A DNA stretch of 35,925 nt from an uncultured Gemmatimonadaceae bacterium (GCA_964364615.1 CAYINH010000001.1:25965-61889), one strand, 5' to 3'. Counted from the stretch's first letter, positions 25,995 to 35,617 are shown. Numbers and translations: made by a program. The notes: generated by a model from the letters alone, not told the origin.

Positions 25995-26786
25995 TCAGCG
26001 ACCCCGGAAGGCCGGAGGCCGCTTGCCGAGAAAGGCGTTGACCCCCTCGGTGTAGTCGTGGCTGTGGCCGGCTTCGCCCTGGAGGGTGGCCTCCATGGCT
26101 AGCTGGGCCTCGAGGTCGTTGGTGGGGCTGGCGTTGAGCAGCCGCTTGGTGAGACCGAGACCCTTGGTGGCCATCGTGGCCAGCTGCTCGGCCAGCGCGG
26201 TGGCCGCGGTCATCAGCTCATCAGGCGACACCACCCGGTAGATCATCCCCATCGCCTGGGCCTGCTCGGCCGTCACCTTTTCTCCGGTCATCATCAGAGC
26301 GGTGGCGCGGGCCAGCCCGACCAGGCGGGGCAGGAACCAGGTTCCCCCGGTGTCGGGGACCAGCCCGATCCTGCTGAAGGCCTGGATGAACGAGGCCTTC
26401 TCGGAGGCAACCACGAAATCGCAGGCCAGGGCCAGGTTGGCGCCGGCGCCGGCGGCGACCCCGTTGACGGCGGCCACGACCGGCTTTTCCAGGGTCCGGA
26501 TCCGGCGGACGATCGGGTTGTAGGTCGCCTCGAGGTGCGCCACGAAGTCCGGTACCGACCCATCGTCCCTGGGGCGGGCCTCGTCGAGGTCCTGGCCGGC
26601 ACAGAAGGCCCTGCCGCTGCCCGTCAGGAGCACCGCGCGGACCGCCTCATCCTTGGCCGCCTGGTCCAGGGCTCCAATGACTTCCGCTGCCATCGCGCTG
26701 TGGAAACTGTTCAGCACGTCCGGCCGGTCAAAGGTGATCCGGAGGACCCCAGCAGCGGTGTCGGCGCGGATGAACCGGTTGGGCAT
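25995..26786 (-). CDS. paaG: 1,2-epoxyphenylacetyl-CoA isomerase (crotonase family)
   Basis: Collinear with E. coli PaaG as I recall it. Shared stretches include LTGSGRAFCAGQDL, YNPIVRRI, VAAVNGVAAGAGANLALACD, GLVPDTGGTWFLPR and the C-terminal DYTEGVNAFLGKRPPAF. Confidence 0.9.
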   Translation of the reverse strand: MPNRFIRADTAAGVLRITFDRPDVLNSFHSAMAAEVIGALDQAAKDEAVRAVLLTGSGRAFCAGQDLDEARPRDDGSVPDFVAHLEATYNPIVRRIRTLEKPVVAAVNGVAAGAGANLALACDFVVASEKASFIQAFSRIGLVPDTGGTWFLPRLVGLARATALMMTGEKVTAEQAQAMGMIYRVVSPDELMTAATALAEQLATMATKGLGLTKRLLNASPTNDLEAQLAMEATLQGEAGHSHDYTEGVNAFLGKRPPAFRGR

Positions 26787-26849
26787 GGGCCTTCAGGGGT
26801 GAGGGCGGGTGCACCGCCGGAAGCCCGGAGAATATAGTAGATTCAGCCC
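26787..26849. promoter_or_regulatory. Divergent paaG / paaJ control region with a -10-like TATAGT
   Basis: The intergenic spacer is 63 bp. TATAGT at 26833-26838 lies 11 nt before ATG 26850, with no SD, so the paaJ mRNA would be near-leaderless. A short inverted repeat GAAT-N7-ATTC at 26830-26844 overlaps it. Confidence 0.4.
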
Positions 26850-28073
26850 ATGTCCAATCGCGACGCCTATATCGCGGACGGCGTGCGGAGTGCGATCGGC
26901 AGCCTGGGCGGTGCCCTGGCCCCTGTCCGGGCCGACGACCTCGCCGCCATCGTGATCCGCGCCCTGCTCGCCCGCCATCCGGCTCTCGATCCGGCTCTGC
27001 TCACCGACGTGATCCTCGGCTGCGCCAATCAGGCCGGCGAGGACAACCGGAATGTGGCCCGGATGGCCTCCCTGCTGGCCGGGGTGCCCTGGTCGGTGCC
27101 TGGCGAGACGATCAACCGGCTTTGCGCGTCGGGGATGAGTGCGGTGGCCCATGCCGCGCGGCAGGTCCGGCTCGGGGGCGGGGACCTGTTCGTGGCCGGT
27201 GGGGTCGAGCAGATGACCCGCGCTCCGTACGTTCTCTCCAAGTCGTCGCGGCCCTTTGGACGGGACGCGGAACTGTTCGACACCAGCCTGGGGTGGCGAT
27301 TCGTCAATCCGCAGATGCTGGCGCATTTCGGGGTCGATGCGATGGGCCAGACCGCCGAGAATGTGGTTGAGCTGTTGGGGATCTCGCGAGAGGACCAGGA
27401 TCAGTACGCAGCCGGTTCCCAGACCAGGGCTGCGGCGGCACGGACCCGAGGGCGGTTTGCCAGGGAAATCGTGCCGATCGAAACGGTCGCGGCACGGAAA
27501 GGGAATCCCCCGGTGGTCTTCGACCAGGACGAGTTCCTCCGACCGGACACCACGCCCGAAATCCTGGCTCGGCTCCGACCGGCCTTCCGCACCGATGGGA
27601 AGGGCTCGGTCACCGCCGGCAACGCCTCGGGGCTCAACGATGGGGCCTGCGCCCTGCTGGTCGGCGCCGACTCCGCGATCCGTTCCTTCGGCGCCACTCC
27701 GCTGGTCCGCATCGTGGCGGCGGCCGCGGCTGGAGTCGAGCCGCGGTTGATGGGCCTGGGCCCGGTCCCCGCCACCCGGCTGGTGCTGGAACGGACCGGG
27801 CTCACGCTGCAGGACATGTCGGTCATCGAACTCAATGAGGCGTTCGCCGCCCAGGTGCTGGGGGGACTGAGGCAGCTGGGCCTGGAGGACGACGATCCTC
27901 GGGTCAATCCCAACGGTGGCGCGATCGCCTTGGGTCACCCGCTCGGCATGTCCGGCGCGCGCCTGCTGCTCACCGCGGCGCTCGAACTGCAGGAGACGGG
28001 GGGGCGCTACGCCCTCTGCACCATGTGCGTCGGGGTCGGCCAGGGGATGGCCACCATTCTCGAGCGGGTCTGA
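26850..28073 (+). CDS. paaJ: 3-oxoadipyl-CoA / 3-oxo-5,6-dehydrosuberyl-CoA thiolase
   Basis: Thiolase hallmarks are present: [11 protein letters not shown] (active-site Cys), [20 protein letters not shown] and CVGVGQGMA. The N-terminus is typical of PcaF/PaaJ ([14 protein letters not shown]). Confidence 0.9.
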   Translation: MSNRDAYIADGVRSAIGSLGGALAPVRADDLAAIVIRALLARHPALDPALLTDVILGCANQAGEDNRNVARMASLLAGVPWSVPGETINRLCASGMSAVAHAARQVRLGGGDLFVAGGVEQMTRAPYVLSKSSRPFGRDAELFDTSLGWRFVNPQMLAHFGVDAMGQTAENVVELLGISREDQDQYAAGSQTRAAAARTRGRFAREIVPIETVAARKGNPPVVFDQDEFLRPDTTPEILARLRPAFRTDGKGSVTAGNASGLNDGACALLVGADSAIRSFGATPLVRIVAAAAAGVEPRLMGLGPVPATRLVLERTGLTLQDMSVIELNEAFAAQVLGGLRQLGLEDDDPRVNPNGGAIALGHPLGMSGARLLLTAALELQETGGRYALCTMCVGVGQGMATILERV

Positions 28074-28083
28074 ACCGCCTTCC

Positions 28084-28689
28084 ATGATCTATCGATTCAA
28101 GGATTGGACGCCGGTGGTCCACCCATCGGCGTTCGTCCATCCCCAGGCGGCGGTCACCGGGAAGGTGGTGATCGGACGGAACGTGTACCTCGGTCCCGGG
28201 GCGGCACTCCGAGGGGACTGGGGGGGCATCGTGGTCGAGGATGGCTGCAACGTGCAGGAGAACTGCACCGTTCACATGTTTCCCGGAGTGACCGTGGTGC
28301 TGGAGGAGGGGGCGCACATCGGCCACGGCGCGGTGATCCACGGGGCCCGGATCGGCCGGAACGCCCTGGTGGGAATGAACGCGGTGGTGATGGACCGCGC
28401 CGTGGTGGGCGCCGGCTCGATCGTGGGCGCCCTGTGCTTCGTGCCCAGCGAGATGGAGATCCCCGAACGGAAAGTCGTGGTGGGGAATCCGGCCAGGATC
28501 ATCAAGGATGTGACCGACGAGATGCTGGCGTGGAAGACCGAGGGCACCCGGCTCTACCAGGCACTCCCCGCCGACCTGCACCGGGGACTCGAGGCCTGTG
28601 AGCCCCTGCGCGAAGTCCCCTCCGACTGGGCCGTTCAGGACTCGCTCTATCGGACCTGGCGGGAAAGCCGCCGGGAGGACGACCTCTGA
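28084..28689 (+). CDS. paaY: Phenylacetate degradation protein PaaY (hexapeptide-repeat, gamma-CA-like thioesterase)
   Basis: ATG 28084 lies inside track ORF 27916..28689. The product is collinear with E. coli PaaY as recalled: TPVVHPSAFVHPQAAV, GPGAALRGDWGGIVVEDGCNVQENC, RNALVGMNAVVMD and LAWKTEGT. Confidence 0.88.
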   Translation: MIYRFKDWTPVVHPSAFVHPQAAVTGKVVIGRNVYLGPGAALRGDWGGIVVEDGCNVQENCTVHMFPGVTVVLEEGAHIGHGAVIHGARIGRNALVGMNAVVMDRAVVGAGSIVGALCFVPSEMEIPERKVVVGNPARIIKDVTDEMLAWKTEGTRLYQALPADLHRGLEACEPLREVPSDWAVQDSLYRTWRESRREDDL

Positions 28690-30728
28690 TGCGACTTCAG
28701 AATCTGGTCTACGGCGATTGGCGCGAGGGGACCGGCCCCGGCACCCCGCTCTACCACGCCGTCACCGGCCAACAGCTGGCGGTGGCCGGCACGGAGGGCC
28801 TCGACTACCGGGCGGTACTCGACTACGGCCGCACGGTCGGAGGCCCCCCGCTCCGGAAGATGACCTTCCATGAGCGGGCCCGGATGCTCAAGGCCCTGGC
28901 CCAGTACCTGATGGGCCGGAAGGACGAGTTCTACCCGGTCTCGGCCGGGACCGGGGCGACCAAGGCCGATTCGTGGATCGATATCGAGGGCGGGATCGGC
29001 ACCCTGTTCGTCTACGCCAGCAAGGGGCGGCGCGACTTTCCGGATGAGCGGTTCCATGTGGATGGCCCGGTTGAGGGGTTGAGCAAGGGCGGGACCTTCG
29101 TGGGCCGCCACATTGCGGTGCCACTTGAAGGGACGGCCCTCCACATCAACGCCTTCAACTTCCCTTGCTGGGGGATGCTGGAGAAGCTGGCGCCGACCCT
29201 CCTCGCGGGAGTGCCTGCGATCATCAAGCCGGGTACCGTGACATCGTTCCTGACCAACGCCATGGTCCGGGCGATCCACCAGTCAAAGATCCTCCCGGAA
29301 GGGGCGCTGCAACTGCTCTGCGGTGGAGTCGGTGACATGTTCGACCACCTGAGCTACCAGGACATCGTCACCTTTACCGGTTCCGCTTCCACCGGACGGA
29401 AGCTCAAGACCCACCCCGCGATGATCGAGAATTCGGTCCGGTTCAACATGGAGGCCGATTCCCTCAACTACAGCATCCTCGGCCCTGACGCCGGCCCCGA
29501 CACTGAGGAGTTTGGACTGTTCATCCGGGAAGTGGCCAAGGAGATGACCGTCAAGGCGGGGCAGAAGTGCACCGCCATCCGTCGGACCATCGTCCCCCGC
29601 CAGCACGCGGATGCCGTGGTGGCGGCGCTCGGCAAGCGGCTGGGGGAGCTGCGGCTGGGGGACCCGGCGGTCGACGGGGTCCGGATGGGCCCCCTGGTCG
29701 GCCGGAGTCAGGTCCAGGAGTGTCACCGGGCGGTGGCGGCGATCCGGGCCGGGGCCGAACTGGTGTACGGCAACCTGGAGACGTTTGATGTGCAAGGTGC
29801 CGACCGGGAGAAGGGCGCCTTCTTTCCCGCGCTCCTCCTGTACTGTGACAAGCCGTTCGAGACCAATGCGCCCCACGACGTGGAGGCGTTCGGGCCGGTC
29901 AGCACCGTGATGCCGTACGACTCGGTGGACGACGCGGTGGCGCTGGCTCGGCTGGGGAAGGGAAGCCTCTGCGGTTCGATCTTCACGGCGGATGACGGGG
30001 TGGCCCGGGAGCTGGTGCTTGGCACCGCGGCCCACCATGGGCGGATCATGGTTGTCAACCGCCATTGCGCCAAGGAGAGCACCGGCCATGGGAGTCCGCT
30101 GCCCCACCTGGTGCATGGCGGGCCGGGTCGAGCCGGCGGTGGTGAGGAGCTGGGTGGCTCGCGGGCGGTGATGCACTACCTGCAGCGGACCGCGATTCAG
30201 GGCTCGCCCACGACCCTGACCAGAGTGGCCGGGGAGTGGATCAAGGGCGCCGAGGCCCCCACGGGCACATTGCACCCCTTCCGGAAGCACTTCGAGGAGC
30301 TGGAGATCGGGGAGACCCTGATCACCGACCGCCGGACGATCACCGAGGCCGATGTGGTCAACTTCGCCGAGCTCAGTGGCGACTACTTCTATGCCCACAT
30401 GGATGACGCGGCAGCGCGGGAGTCGATCTTCGACGGCCGGGTGGTGCACGGCTACTTCGTGCTCTCGGCGGCGGCGGGGCTGTTCGTGGATCCGGCGCCG
30501 GGTCCGGTGCTGGCCAACTACGGACTCGAGTCGCTCCGGTTCGTCAAGCCGGTCTATCCGGGGGACACCATCCAGGTGCGGCTGACCTGCAAGAAGAAGA
30601 CCGCCAAGGACCCGATCGAGGGCCAGCCTCCGCAGGGCGTGGTGGAGTGGGATGTCGAGGTGACCAACCAGGAGGGGGAATCAGTGGCGGTGTATTCGAT
30701 TCTGACCCTGGTCCGCCGGCTCGGGTGA
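28689..30728 (+). CDS. paaZ: Bifunctional oxepin-CoA hydrolase / 3-oxo-5,6-dehydrosuberyl-CoA semialdehyde dehydrogenase
   Basis: ATG overlaps the paaY stop (TGATG). The N-terminal ALDH domain contains HINAFNFPCWGMLEKLAP and KESTGHGSPLPHLVHGGPGRAGGGEELGG. The C-terminal MaoC hotdog domain contains FAELSGDYFYAHMD and RVVHGYFVLSAAAGLFVD. Confidence 0.93.
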   Translation: MRLQNLVYGDWREGTGPGTPLYHAVTGQQLAVAGTEGLDYRAVLDYGRTVGGPPLRKMTFHERARMLKALAQYLMGRKDEFYPVSAGTGATKADSWIDIEGGIGTLFVYASKGRRDFPDERFHVDGPVEGLSKGGTFVGRHIAVPLEGTALHINAFNFPCWGMLEKLAPTLLAGVPAIIKPGTVTSFLTNAMVRAIHQSKILPEGALQLLCGGVGDMFDHLSYQDIVTFTGSASTGRKLKTHPAMIENSVRFNMEADSLNYSILGPDAGPDTEEFGLFIREVAKEMTVKAGQKCTAIRRTIVPRQHADAVVAALGKRLGELRLGDPAVDGVRMGPLVGRSQVQECHRAVAAIRAGAELVYGNLETFDVQGADREKGAFFPALLLYCDKPFETNAPHDVEAFGPVSTVMPYDSVDDAVALARLGKGSLCGSIFTADDGVARELVLGTAAHHGRIMVVNRHCAKESTGHGSPLPHLVHGGPGRAGGGEELGGSRAVMHYLQRTAIQGSPTTLTRVAGEWIKGAEAPTGTLHPFRKHFEELEIGETLITDRRTITEADVVNFAELSGDYFYAHMDDAAARESIFDGRVVHGYFVLSAAAGLFVDPAPGPVLANYGLESLRFVKPVYPGDTIQVRLTCKKKTAKDPIEGQPPQGVVEWDVEVTNQEGESVAVYSILTLVRRLG

Positions 30729-30732
30729 CGGG

Positions 30733-30750
30733 GGCTACGGTGTCGTAGCC
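30733..30750 (+). terminator. Hairpin immediately after the paaZ stop
   Basis: GGCTACG (30733-30739) pairs with CGTAGCC (30744-30750), a 7-bp stem with loop GTGT, 5 nt after the TGA. There is no U-tract. A second hairpin, GGCCGC-aaa-GCGGCC, lies at 30809-30823. Confidence 0.35.
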
Positions 30751-30875
30751 GGATCAGCCGAGGGTGCCCCCCCGATGCGCCCGCAGTGTGCGCCCCCCGG
30801 GCCATCTGGGCCGCAAAGCGGCCGAGGTGTTCCTCTTGCTGCTGGACCTCGGCCACCGGGTAGCCAACCGGAACA

Positions 30876-33716
30876 TCAGGATCCTGGTGCAGCCCCAACC
30901 TTCGCGCGGGATGGACGGCCTGGTCGTCCCGGAAGTCCGGCACGGGTCCTGGCCCGCTGGTATCGGGCCGCATACGCCGGGTCGGCATGCCGCCAGGCCT
31001 GTTCCACCGCCCGGTAGTGGGATTCGGCACTGTCAGCCATCCCAGCCAGATCAAAGGCATCGGCCAGGGCCTCGTGGAGCTCGGTGCGGGACGTATAGGT
31101 ATTGCTGCCGTCCACACCGCCGCGGAGGGCCGGCTGCAGAACCCCGATGGCCTCCTGCACTTTCCCCAGCGCCAGGAGACTCTGGGCCATCAAGAGGTTC
31201 GTCACCGTATATCCGTCCGTCATGGAGAAGATCCCGCTCCGAAACGCCTCGACCGCCTCGGCATGTCGGCTTTGCCGTTGCAGCAGCAGCCCCCGCAGGA
31301 GATAGTGCAGCCGCCCGTCCCGGCCAAAGCTGCTCGCCGCCCCGATCGCCTGCACCGAGTCCACCAGGCGGCGGACCGTCGTCGTGTCACCGGCCGTTGC
31401 CAACGCCGTGCCTGCCAGGGCCAGCATCCATGCCTGGAGCCGGGCCTTCAAGCCTGGCGGACCGTCCGACCCACCGATCTGCCGAGCCCGCTCTTCGAAC
31501 AATCGCCCCGCCTCCGCGGGCCGCCCCATCTCCAGGGCCAGGATCGCGACCTGGCTGGGATCGCTCGCCAGATCCCGCGCCTCGCGGAGTCGTCCCTGAT
31601 ACCGCAAACTGATCCACAACAGCCAGCGGGCCTCGTCACGGGTCGGCTGTGACGGACTCCGCAGGTCGGGACGCAGCGTGCGATCGAGCTCGTCGAATCC
31701 GCCCCACCGCAGCAGATCGCGGTCGAGGCTCGGTCGAGGAGAGAACCGGACCAGGCTCAGCGCGATCCCCTCCTCCGCCGCGGCTTCCGCCTCGGCCCGG
31801 CGACCCTGGCGGAGCAGCGGCTCGACCAGGTTGCTCCAGCCGATGTGGTCATGCGCCCGCAGGGCGATCAGGCGCCGAGCCGACCGCTCAGCCGCCCCGG
31901 CGGAGTCCCACCAGAGGTAGGCGTGGGACATGACGGCAAGAGTCGTACAGATCCGGCAATAGCTGCCTGCGGTGGCGCCGGCCATCGAGTCGATGGCCAC
32001 GGCACGCTCCAGGGCGGTCACCGCGAGGGCCCACTCCCCGTTCTGGAATCTGACCTGGCCGAGGAGGATCTGGCCGTCCGGGTCCAGCGGATAGCGAACC
32101 GACAGGGTCTCCGCGATAGCGACGGCCCGGGAAATGGGGGCGTCGAGGGCAGCGACCGCCCCTTCGATCAGCAGACGCTCCCGCTCGCTGGCACGGGGCG
32201 CCAAACGCTTGGCCAGTTGGAACCCCCGTCTTTCCTCCGCCTCGTCCACCAGGCCACGCCCAGCCATCCAGGCGTAGTACGCCGCCATCGCGAAGCTGCT
32301 GTCCCGCTCCAGCGCGGCGGTCATCAGCCGATGGGCCGCGGGGCCATCGTACTGGTAGTACGCCCGCAAACCCTCCTCATATACCGCATACGCCGCTGAC
32401 GAGGCGGTTCGGATGTCGGCAAACGCCCCGCCGGGAGGCGCCAGGTGGAGGTCCCGCGCGAGGGCCGCGGTTGCGCTGTCCACCAAGGCATAGCGGTCGG
32501 CCGCCCTCACCTGGTATCCCTGCACGACCACCCCGGTCTCGATGGCGACCCGCCGGAACGTCATGACCAGGCCGGCCGGATCGGGCTGGATCTCGCCCTC
32601 GATCAATTCCGTCGCCCCAGCCCTCCGGGCGGCGTCAGTGGTGGCCCGCGACAGGGTGTCATCCCCCGGCAGCATGAGTTCGACCAGCCGGCTGTTGGCC
32701 ACTACCTGAAGCCCGCCAACGCGACCCAGATTGGTCGCCAGCATGTCCCGCAGCACCCCGGCTGGACCGGCCGCATCGGCCAGCGCCGGTGAGCGGATCG
32801 CCCCGACCGCGAGAACGGGTGCTCGAGGTCCCGCACGGGGCCACAGGGCGACAAAACCGATCGCCAGCCCGGCCGCAATGATCAGCAGCGCCCCGAGCCT
32901 GCGCCGGGGTGGTCGGGTCGAGACTCGGGGTGATGGGGTCGCTGGGGGTGATGGCGTCGTTTCCGTCACCTCAGCGAAGGTGGGAGGCTGTTCCACCTTG
33001 GGGGGGTGAGAATGAGGCCGCGCCGCCGGTGCGCGGAGCGACGCGACGAGCTGTCGCGCCGCCGGATCGAGGTCGGTGTCGAGTTCCCGCCGGATCACCT
33101 CCTCGTGCAGCCTGGCGTGCGCCAGCGCGCCCGACCGGTCCCCAGCGGCCGCAAGCGCCCGCATCAGGCCCGTGGCGAACCGGCCGCTGAGGGGGTCGAG
33201 CTCCGTGAGCCGGTGCCACCACTTGAGGGCTTCGGTCCGCTGGCCGGTTTCGTCAGCGCGCACTGCCAGCGTCTCGATGGCGCGCAGCGCGAGGACGTGG
33301 AGGCGGCCTCGCTCGCTCTCGACCCATCGTTCGAACCCCGGGGCGCCGGGCACGTAAAAGCCCTCGAGGAAGGGGCCGGCGTAAAGCTCCGCAGCGGCCG
33401 CGAAGTTGCCCGTGGCACACGCATCCAGAAAGTCCCTCACGTCACTGCTCACCGCCGGGTCCAGCCGCAACTCTGCACCGACCGTGATCCAGTCCCGGCC
33501 GGCTTCCTTTTTCAGGCTATGGAGAGTCTGGGAGAGGGTATGCCGGGCCTGATCCTCGGCGGACTCCGGCCAGAACAGGCCAACGAGACGGTCCCGGCTG
33601 ACTCCCGTTCTTCCAGCCGCGGCGATCACAGCCAGCAGGCCCATCCGCCTGGGCCCGAACTGCGGCGGGACGGAGTCAGACTCGATTGCGAACCCGCCGA
33701 AGGTCCTGAGGCGCAA
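30876..33716 (-). CDS. Membrane-anchored SARP-family (winged helix + BTAD) regulator with periplasmic domain and TPR repeats
   Basis: 946-aa ORF starting at TTG 33716.
- aa 1-230: wHTH plus BTAD (RLRTFGGFAIE, LSQTLHSLKK, YAGPFLEGFYVPGAPGFERWVESERGRL).
- Pro-rich linker.
- TM helix LGALLIIAAGLAIGFVALW (aa ~274-292).
- A TolB-N/FlgO-like domain of about 130 aa (VLAVGAI...LIEGEIQPDPAGLVMTFRRV).
- About 500 aa of TPR-like repeats. Confidence 0.85.
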   Translation of the reverse strand: MRLRTFGGFAIESDSVPPQFGPRRMGLLAVIAAAGRTGVSRDRLVGLFWPESAEDQARHTLSQTLHSLKKEAGRDWITVGAELRLDPAVSSDVRDFLDACATGNFAAAAELYAGPFLEGFYVPGAPGFERWVESERGRLHVLALRAIETLAVRADETGQRTEALKWWHRLTELDPLSGRFATGLMRALAAAGDRSGALAHARLHEEVIRRELDTDLDPAARQLVASLRAPAARPHSHPPKVEQPPTFAEVTETTPSPPATPSPRVSTRPPRRRLGALLIIAAGLAIGFVALWPRAGPRAPVLAVGAIRSPALADAAGPAGVLRDMLATNLGRVGGLQVVANSRLVELMLPGDDTLSRATTDAARRAGATELIEGEIQPDPAGLVMTFRRVAIETGVVVQGYQVRAADRYALVDSATAALARDLHLAPPGGAFADIRTASSAAYAVYEEGLRAYYQYDGPAAHRLMTAALERDSSFAMAAYYAWMAGRGLVDEAEERRGFQLAKRLAPRASERERLLIEGAVAALDAPISRAVAIAETLSVRYPLDPDGQILLGQVRFQNGEWALAVTALERAVAIDSMAGATAGSYCRICTTLAVMSHAYLWWDSAGAAERSARRLIALRAHDHIGWSNLVEPLLRQGRRAEAEAAAEEGIALSLVRFSPRPSLDRDLLRWGGFDELDRTLRPDLRSPSQPTRDEARWLLWISLRYQGRLREARDLASDPSQVAILALEMGRPAEAGRLFEERARQIGGSDGPPGLKARLQAWMLALAGTALATAGDTTTVRRLVDSVQAIGAASSFGRDGRLHYLLRGLLLQRQSRHAEAVEAFRSGIFSMTDGYTVTNLLMAQSLLALGKVQEAIGVLQPALRGGVDGSNTYTSRTELHEALADAFDLAGMADSAESHYRAVEQAWRHADPAYAARYQRARTRAGLPGRPGRPSRAKVGAAPGS

Positions 33717-34010
33717 GAGATTCCAGGCTTGATAGGGGTTTGATCAGGCCGTGATGTCGGCCTGACGGGACCGCACTACCCTCCGAGGAAGCTACCGGCC
33801 ACGACGGATTCGGCAAGCGTGGCCTAGTGACCGAGACAACCCCAACACCCACAGGAGCTTGGCCATGGTCACCGCCCAGGAAGCCTTCCCCTGCCCGGGA
33901 ATGGTCAGGGGCCGCGAGAAGCACTGGGACCAGGAGTGTCTCGGATCCAGCAAGAGCCGGGGAGGCACCAGCGGGCTCCCCTGGATCAGCCGGACTCCCA
34001 GGTGACCACG

Positions 34011-34454
34011 GTGTCCCGCCTGGCGGCACTGCTCGCAGGTCTTTCGGGCACCCTCTGGCCTCCGCTTCCCCAGCAGGCCCTCTGGCAGGCCGACCTCCAG
34101 ATCCGCAGCCTCACGGTCACGGCGGGGCGCGGCGCCCTCCTTGCCCGGGTGGTCGTTGGCTCCGAGTTCGGGGAGGCGATAGCGACCCGAGTCGAGGTTC
34201 TGCTGCCGGTCGGGGTGGGCCTGCTGGAAACCGACGTAGGGTGCACCGCCAGCCCCAGCCCTCCGGGCGTGAGCGTCCTCCGGGCGAGGGTGGTCTGCGT
34301 GCTCGGCAACCTCCCTGCCCATTCAAGCAGGGCCTTCCAGGTACTCACCACCATTCCACCCATCGGGGTGACGCGGGGATTCGGGGTACTGGCGGTGAGC
34401 GACACACCGGACCCGCGACCGGGCAACAATTTCGCCGAAATGGCCATCCCCTGA
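34011..34454 (+). CDS. Small secreted DUF11 (conserved repeat domain) protein
   Basis: This is the frame of track ORF 33936..34454, the only overlapping frame with consistent G/C third positions. GTG 34011 has AGGTG 6 nt upstream; GTG 34002 is an alternative start. The signal peptide is SRLAALLAGLSGTLW. The DUF11 pattern is present: ADLQIRSL..., C....VVCVLGNL..., VSDTPDPRPGNNFA. Confidence 0.6.
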   Translation: MSRLAALLAGLSGTLWPPLPQQALWQADLQIRSLTVTAGRGALLARVVVGSEFGEAIATRVEVLLPVGVGLLETDVGCTASPSPPGVSVLRARVVCVLGNLPAHSSRAFQVLTTIPPIGVTRGFGVLAVSDTPDPRPGNNFAEMAIP

Positions 34455-34478
34455 CTACGACTCATACGAGGAGCCGCA

Positions 34479-35588
34479 ATGCGTGACCACCACACTCCGG
34501 CGCAAGATCGCCTCCAGCCTACCCTCGGGCCCGCCGGGCCCCGGCTGACCCGCCCGGTCCTGATCCTGGCGCTGGTCGCCGGGCTGTGGGCGCCGGCCCG
34601 GGCACAGGCGCCGGCCGGCTCCCGGGTCTGGGAGAATTACGACTTCGTTCCCGGGAACAGAGTGATCTTCTTCACCGACTTCAGCGAGGACAAAGTCGGC
34701 AACTTCGCCAATCGGCTCCGGTTCGTGGGCGGGGCGATCGACGTCGTCGAAGTCGACGGGGTCAAGATGCTGCGGAGCACCGCCCGGTCCCAGTTCCTGA
34801 TTCCGGTCGGGAAGCAGCTGCCGGAGCGGTTCACCATCGAGTTCGATGTCATCGCGCCTGCTCTGACCGGCTACGAGGTGTTGAACTTCGAGGGCGGCGC
34901 CAGGCTGGATCGGGGCGACGCCTCGGCCGAAATCATCTGGCACCCGAAGAGCGCCGCAATCCTGGGCAGCGGGAAGGGCATGGCCGGCCAGGTCACGTTC
35001 CCCGAGGAGCTGCAAGCGGTGACCATCGACAACCTGGCCCACGTCCGGGTCCTCATGGACGGCCCCTATTTCAAGATGTACACCAACGAGCGCCGGCTCT
35101 ACAACATCCCCCAGCTCGCCTTCAAGCGCGATTCTGTCATTCGGGTCTTTCTCAACGGATCGGAGGAGGAGGGGCAGGCGGTGTATCTCGCCAGCATCAG
35201 GGTGGCCGAGAGTCAAGTCGACGTGCTGTACGACGCCCTGGCCGCCAAGGGCCGGTGGGCAACCCAGGGGATTCTGTTTGCGACCGGCAAGGCGGAGCTG
35301 CGGCCGGAGTCGCGGCCGGTGCTCAAGGAAATCGCGGCCGCTCTGAAGGCCCACGCCGACCTCAAGGTGCTGATCGAGGGCCATACCGACAACGTCGGCG
35401 GAGCAGCGGCCAACCTGGCCCTGAGCGACGCCCGCGCGGCGGCGGTGAAGACCGCGTTGGTCGTCGACTTCGGGATTCCGGCCGAGCAGATTACCACCAA
35501 AGGCCTTGGTGACACCAAGCCGGCGGTCCCCAACACCACCGCGGAAGGCCGGGCCCAGAACCGTCGGGTCGAAATCGTCAAGCAATAG
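34479..35588 (+). CDS. OmpA-family protein with an N-terminal beta-sandwich-like domain
   Basis: SD GAGGAG lies 5 nt before ATG 34479. The signal peptide is LILALVAGLWAPARAQA. The C-terminal OmpA/MotB domain is FATGKAELRPESRPVLKEIAAALKAHADLKVLIEGHTDNVG...ALSDARAAAV...NRRVEIV. Confidence 0.88.
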   Translation: MRDHHTPAQDRLQPTLGPAGPRLTRPVLILALVAGLWAPARAQAPAGSRVWENYDFVPGNRVIFFTDFSEDKVGNFANRLRFVGGAIDVVEVDGVKMLRSTARSQFLIPVGKQLPERFTIEFDVIAPALTGYEVLNFEGGARLDRGDASAEIIWHPKSAAILGSGKGMAGQVTFPEELQAVTIDNLAHVRVLMDGPYFKMYTNERRLYNIPQLAFKRDSVIRVFLNGSEEEGQAVYLASIRVAESQVDVLYDALAAKGRWATQGILFATGKAELRPESRPVLKEIAAALKAHADLKVLIEGHTDNVGGAAANLALSDARAAAVKTALVVDFGIPAEQITTKGLGDTKPAVPNTTAEGRAQNRRVEIVKQ

Positions 35589-35617
35589 ACCAGCGTCTTC
35601 TCACCGAGGATCCGGAC

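Noticed and set aside
24894-26102. 402-aa plus-strand ORF opposite paaH/paaG
   Set aside because: It is an antisense shadow frame spanning two real genes, with no domain signature.
26793-28085. 430-aa minus-strand ORF opposite paaJ
   Set aside because: It is an antisense shadow frame. paaJ on the plus strand has the thiolase active-site motifs.
29283-30449. 388-aa minus-strand ORF opposite paaZ
   Set aside because: It is an antisense shadow frame. paaZ is collinear with E. coli PaaZ along its whole length.
33792-34486. Alternative ORFs (176 aa minus strand at 33792..34322; 219 aa plus strand at 33827..34486) overlapping the DUF11 gene
   Set aside because: Their translations are low-complexity and Pro/Arg/Gly-rich. 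Only the 33936-frame shows consistent G/C third positions and a DUF11-like pattern.
34455-35585. 376-aa minus-strand ORF opposite the OmpA-family gene
   Set aside because: It is an antisense shadow frame. The plus strand has an SD, a signal peptide and the OmpA C-terminal motif.
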